A stretch of DNA of 62,448 nt, the filler included, from Ionaspis alba (Eukaryota): the NCBI GenBank assembly GCA_964255285.1. It is 4 parts of 4 records of this genome, joined end to end, with 100 filler letters (N's around TTAATTAATTAA, not from the genome) between each part and the next. Parts side by side here need not be neighbours in the genome. Positions count along the whole stretch, not along the records: positions 46,923 to 62,448 come from CAXUUL010000375.1; 3 more parts are not named here. The stretch is one strand, 5' to 3'. Below, piece by piece: positions 61,425 through 62,448 of this stretch. The notes under the pieces are model-generated. The model had not been told where the DNA came from. It worked only from the letters and a program-made list of their open reading frames with translations, and did not search any database. The position numbers were made by a program, and so were the translations under genes. Positions within the stretch are counted from its first letter, which is position 1. Each line of letters opens with the position of its first letter.

Positions 61425-62448
61425 ATGGCGATCCCCAAAGCTCTTGCGACTCCTGACGTGCTTCTACTTGTACTGAGCCATGTTGATACTACTGCCCTGT
61501 GTTCTCTACGCCTTGTCAATTCCCGTATCAATTCCGTAATCCTCATTCACCAGAAGTCCATCTGCAGCAACATTGGTCTGCGCGAACATGCTATTCAACT
61601 TGACTGGCCCATACCACAGACCGAGCATATCTCGAAGATCTCATATCTCAAGGCTTTGATACGGATTCCAAAGGCCCGCCGACTGGCTCAACGCGCGATC
61701 TCGTCCGGTATATGGATAGTGTATATGCGCCTGTCAGATGATTTTCCAAGGACCGACACTATTCACCTCCGTTGCATTCGGGGTATTCTCATCATGTGGG
61801 CTCTGGTGGATATCCAGCGTTCCGTCAGCCCTTCCAAGCCTATTCCTAAATACGTTAAAACTCCATGGCCCAAACCGCCCAAAACTCGATCAAAGATCGC
61901 GAAGCTGTTGGGAGTTCAGAAGTCGCGTCCAACATTGCAGCCAATCTATGATGCGCAAAATGTCCCTGTTCGACTGATTCCCGAAATTGCTTATGCAAGT
62001 CTGCCAGAGAGTAGATCCCTTGCCGGTATCCAAAAGCGATACGATATTATCCGTGCTGCCCAAGAACCATTTGTGGCTAAACTTGACCACGATGCACGAG
62101 TTGACCTAGAGGTTGCTATTGGACAGCTACATTGGATCCGCCCCTTCGAGACAGGTGGTTGCTTCGGCGGAGCATCGCTCGAGTACAAAAGAAAATGCTG
62201 GTGGAAGGAGGCATGGATGGTACGACAGGGGCCCGAGTTCCTGTTGGCGACAGGCAGCAAAGATGAAATGGAGAGAGCTTGGACATATCAGGTCATGGAA
62301 GCGGAGTGGAATGCACGAGTCGTTGAGGCAGAGGCCCTGGAGAGCAGACGTGACCAATTCCAATATTACGACCCAATGAAATCCGGCAAGTCGCTGTCTT
62401 CAGAGGCGTGGGATGTGCAGAAGGCCGCGACACAAGAGTATCAAAAAA
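61425..62448 (+). CDS. Hypothetical protein with an N-terminal F-box-like motif (runs off window end)
   Basis: Manual translation is open from ATG 61425 to the end (~341 codons): MAIPKALATPDVLLLVLSHVDTTALCSLRLVNSRINSVI...; absent from the ORF track because it has no stop. Confidence 0.7.
   Translation, partial: MAIPKALATPDVLLLVLSHVDTTALCSLRLVNSRINSVILIHQKSICSNIGLREHAIQLDWPIPQTEHISKISYLKALIRIPKARRLAQRAISSGIWIVYMRLSDDFPRTDTIHLRCIRGILIMWALVDIQRSVSPSKPIPKYVKTPWPKPPKTRSKIAKLLGVQKSRPTLQPIYDAQNVPVRLIPEIAYASLPESRSLAGIQKRYDIIRAAQEPFVAKLDHDARVDLEVAIGQLHWIRPFETGGCFGGASLEYKRKCWWKEAWMVRQGPEFLLATGSKDEMERAWTYQVMEAEWNARVVEAEALESRRDQFQYYDPMKSGKSLSSEAWDVQKAATQEYQK

Overview
Gene-dense, intron-containing fungal DNA (filamentous ascomycete, Pezizomycotina-type). 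The window is not one locus. Three 100-nt N44-TTAATTAATTAA-N44 linkers split it into four blocks of 15542, 15541, 15539 and 15526 bp, the signature of independent scaffolds sorted by length and concatenated. Seven further 100-N gaps lie inside the blocks, two of them flanked by exact 55-bp duplicates (k-mer overlaps). About 30 protein-coding genes are recognisable. Block 1: a secreted Pro-rich protein, a CBM18-CE4 chitin deacetylase, a pseudogene, a mitochondrial RF-1 rescue factor, an SPT small subunit, Mis6/CENP-I, a degenerate GH3 NagZ-like protein and Loc1. Block 2: PalF/Rim8, Mnd1, Rrn10-like, Rad28/CSA, Atg5, Fmp32, Sec53/PMM and a DHA2 MFS pump. Block 3: an atypical A1 protease, a candidate microprotein, SulP, Pom33, septin Cdc3, a HET-domain protein and an M28 peptidase. 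Block 4: GT8, a mitochondrial carrier, fRMsr, a dienelactone hydrolase, GH72 Gel/Gas, the divergent lamB-lamA pair and an F-box-like gene. The best leads are: the lamB (PxpA) + lamA (biotin carboxylase-PxpC-PxpB-like-BCCP) pair as a mechanistically unresolved eukaryotic lactam/5-oxoproline hydrolysis system; a GH3 pseudoenzyme lacking its KHFPGHG-DSH motif; an unassigned C-X6-C-X6-C module on the chitin deacetylase; tandem PacC sites upstream of palF; a 56-aa membrane microprotein; and 5-nt and 10-nt microexons. No tRNA, rRNA, CRISPR or transposon could be supported. All family calls come from motif recognition without database searches.
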